Below are positions 35,255 to 36,837 of a stretch of 36,837 nt of DNA, in pieces. Each line of letters opens with the position of its first letter. Position 1 is the stretch's first letter. Origin of the DNA: Streptomyces sp. (GTDB lineage Bacteria; Actinomycetota; Actinomycetes; Streptomycetales; Streptomycetaceae); the NCBI GenBank assembly GCA_003519485.1, contig DOWQ01000313.1, positions 1 through 36,837 on the forward strand, in the 5' to 3' direction. Under the pieces are notes generated by a model. It saw only the letters and a list, made by a program, of their open reading frames with translations, ran no database searches and was not told where the DNA came from. The translations under genes and the position numbers were made by a program.

Positions 35255-35713
35255 GTGGCTGTCCGTGTCTGCTCCCTGATCCGCAAGGTTGATCAGGTCA
35301 TCCCCTCCGGGGGTTATCACATCGTCCGCTTCCCTTACGGCGACGCCGAATCCTACGACGCCCACGGCATGCACCAGGCTGACCCCACCGTGTCCGACTG
35401 GGATGAGGACGACCGGAGTGGGCTGATCTGGCCCACGGTGGACGGTTGGGCCGACCTGACAGCCAACCTGCACTGGGAAAGCGGGGACTACTCCGAGCTT
35501 CGAGACCGCTTCGTGCGTGACCCGCTGGGCGCGCCTGACTCCACTGGTACCGATCACCGGCCTCCGAGTCCCGGTATGCAGTGCTTCACGAAGCGGCATT
35601 CGATCTTCGTGCACCCGGGTACCCCGGTGTCGCTCCTCGTCGCGCACAACGACGGCAGGTCCCGGCGGCTGGTGCACGCCCAATTCAAGCTGGCCATCCA
35701 CCCGACCACCTGA
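35255..35713 (+). CDS. Hypothetical phage protein (pre-lysis region)
   Basis: GAGGAG RBS before GTG 35255; VCSLIR...RFPY...SYDAHGMH...RSGLIWP...FKLAIH. Confidence 0.72.
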   Translation: MAVRVCSLIRKVDQVIPSGGYHIVRFPYGDAESYDAHGMHQADPTVSDWDEDDRSGLIWPTVDGWADLTANLHWESGDYSELRDRFVRDPLGAPDSTGTDHRPPSPGMQCFTKRHSIFVHPGTPVSLLVAHNDGRSRRLVHAQFKLAIHPTT

Positions 35714-35725
35714 ACGGAGGCCCTG

Positions 35726-36751
35726 ATGGCTACTCCCCTGTCCGCGTCCCGGCAGCTCGCAGCGCTGAAGGCTGAGGGCTGCAAGGTTGTCGAGTACAAG
35801 TCCTGGCGCACGCACAACCGGAACCACAAGGGCCCGTGGGGTCCGGTGAACGGGGTGATGATCCACCACACCGTGACGTCCGGTACGGCCGCCTCGGTCC
35901 GCCTCTGCTACGACGGGTACAGCTCCCTCCCGGGCCCGCTGTGCCACACGGTGGGCGCGAAGGACGGCACGCTCTACATGGTCGGCAACGGCCGCGCCAA
36001 CCACGCCGGGCTGGGCGACGACGACGTCCTCAAGGCGGTCATCGACGAACGCGAGCTGCCGCCGGACAACGAGGTGAACACCGACGGCAACCGGCACTTC
36101 TACGGCATCGAGCTGGTCAACCTCGGCGACGGCAAGGACCCGTGGCCGCCCGAGCAGGTCGATGCCGCGGCACGGTGGGCCGCCGCACTGTGCCGCGCCC
36201 ACGGATGGAACGAACGGTCCGTCATCGGCCACCTCGAATGGCAGCCGGGGAAGATCGACCCCCGCGGCTTCACCATGAACACCTTCCGCACCCGCGTGAA
36301 AACCCTCCTCGCCAAGCCCGCCGGATGGCAGCCGACCAAGCCCGCCCCGACCCCGCAGGAGACCGACGTGCCGCACACCCTCGGCCGCTACGACACCACC
36401 GACCGGCCCCTCATCCCCGGCAAGTGGACGACCCTCACCATCGACGGCGTCGACCTCATCACCGGCGCCACCGCCTACCAGGCCATGGTGCAGCTCACCG
36501 CGACCGTGCCCGCCGGGGCCACTCTCCAGGGCCGCTTCTACCACCACCGGCCCGACGGATCCCGCTGGGACTCCGGCATCACCGAGCGCCTCGCCACCGC
36601 GGGGCACACCTTCGCCGACTTCCACAACGCGGGCAGCGTGAAGCCGGACGAGAAGGTCCGCTTCGAAGCCGCGTACTGGCCGGCCGACCCCGCCGACCAG
36701 AAGTCCATCACCGTCACCACCAGCCGCGCCCGCGGCCTGTACTGGAAGTGA
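35726..36751 (+). CDS. Endolysin, N-acetylmuramoyl-L-alanine amidase (Amidase_2)
   Basis: GVMIHHT, LPGPLCH, GRANHAG, GNRHFYGIE, VIGHLEWQPGKIDP. Confidence 0.92.
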   Translation: MATPLSASRQLAALKAEGCKVVEYKSWRTHNRNHKGPWGPVNGVMIHHTVTSGTAASVRLCYDGYSSLPGPLCHTVGAKDGTLYMVGNGRANHAGLGDDDVLKAVIDERELPPDNEVNTDGNRHFYGIELVNLGDGKDPWPPEQVDAAARWAAALCRAHGWNERSVIGHLEWQPGKIDPRGFTMNTFRTRVKTLLAKPAGWQPTKPAPTPQETDVPHTLGRYDTTDRPLIPGKWTTLTIDGVDLITGATAYQAMVQLTATVPAGATLQGRFYHHRPDGSRWDSGITERLATAGHTFADFHNAGSVKPDEKVRFEAAYWPADPADQKSITVTTSRARGLYWK

Positions 36752-36759
36752 GGCACCCC

Positions 36760-36837
36760 ATGGCCACGCATGCCCCCATAGAAGCCAAGGTCAAATCGGC
36801 GACCGCGACCGCGTTCATCGTCGGCGCGCTGATCGAA
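36760..36837 (+). CDS. Holin (3'-truncated)
   Basis: MATHAPIEAKVKSATATAFIVGALIE, directly after the endolysin. Confidence 0.7.
   Translation, partial: MATHAPIEAKVKSATATAFIVGALIE

Larger units (their letters stand above)
1..36837 (+). mobile_element. Temperate siphovirus/prophage of a high-GC actinomycete (partial; ends outside window)
   Basis: Complete packaging-head-tail-lysis gene order from 14573 to the end; phage-type small genes and regulators upstream; GC-rich codon usage. Confidence 0.93.

Noticed and set aside
1-36837. tRNA/rRNA genes, cas1/cas3/cas10, reverse transcriptase or DGR repeats
   Set aside because: None recognisable by eye; tRNAscan and HMM searches were not run.

Overview
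High-GC actinobacterial (Streptomyces-like) temperate siphovirus or prophage segment; both ends lie outside the window. From about 14.6 kb to the end is a canonical late operon: HNH, TerS, TerL, portal, MuF-like protein, scaffold, capsid, glycosyltransferase, head-tail connectors, major tail, tail chaperones, tape measure, minor tails, amidase endolysin and holin. Before it are accessory blocks. (1) An HNH-SF2 helicase fusion with a coupled partner gene. (2) A plasmid-type transfer module (GntR repressor with operators, Spd-like membrane protein, TraB-like FtsK ATPase, clt-like repeats) with no integrase or replicase visible. (3) A SAM methyltransferase. (4) The most striking element, at 13191-14541: a stand-alone RAMP/Cas7-like gene and a wHTH/coiled-coil gene, followed by two non-coding arrays of phased GGY-NN pentamers, each ending in a TACG-tetraloop hairpin. 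This looks like a compact RNA-guided system of the VIPR type in which the variable dinucleotides form the guide. TerL is split at a G GGA AAA slippery site inside its Walker A motif. All family assignments come from motifs read by eye and from gene order; no searches were run.
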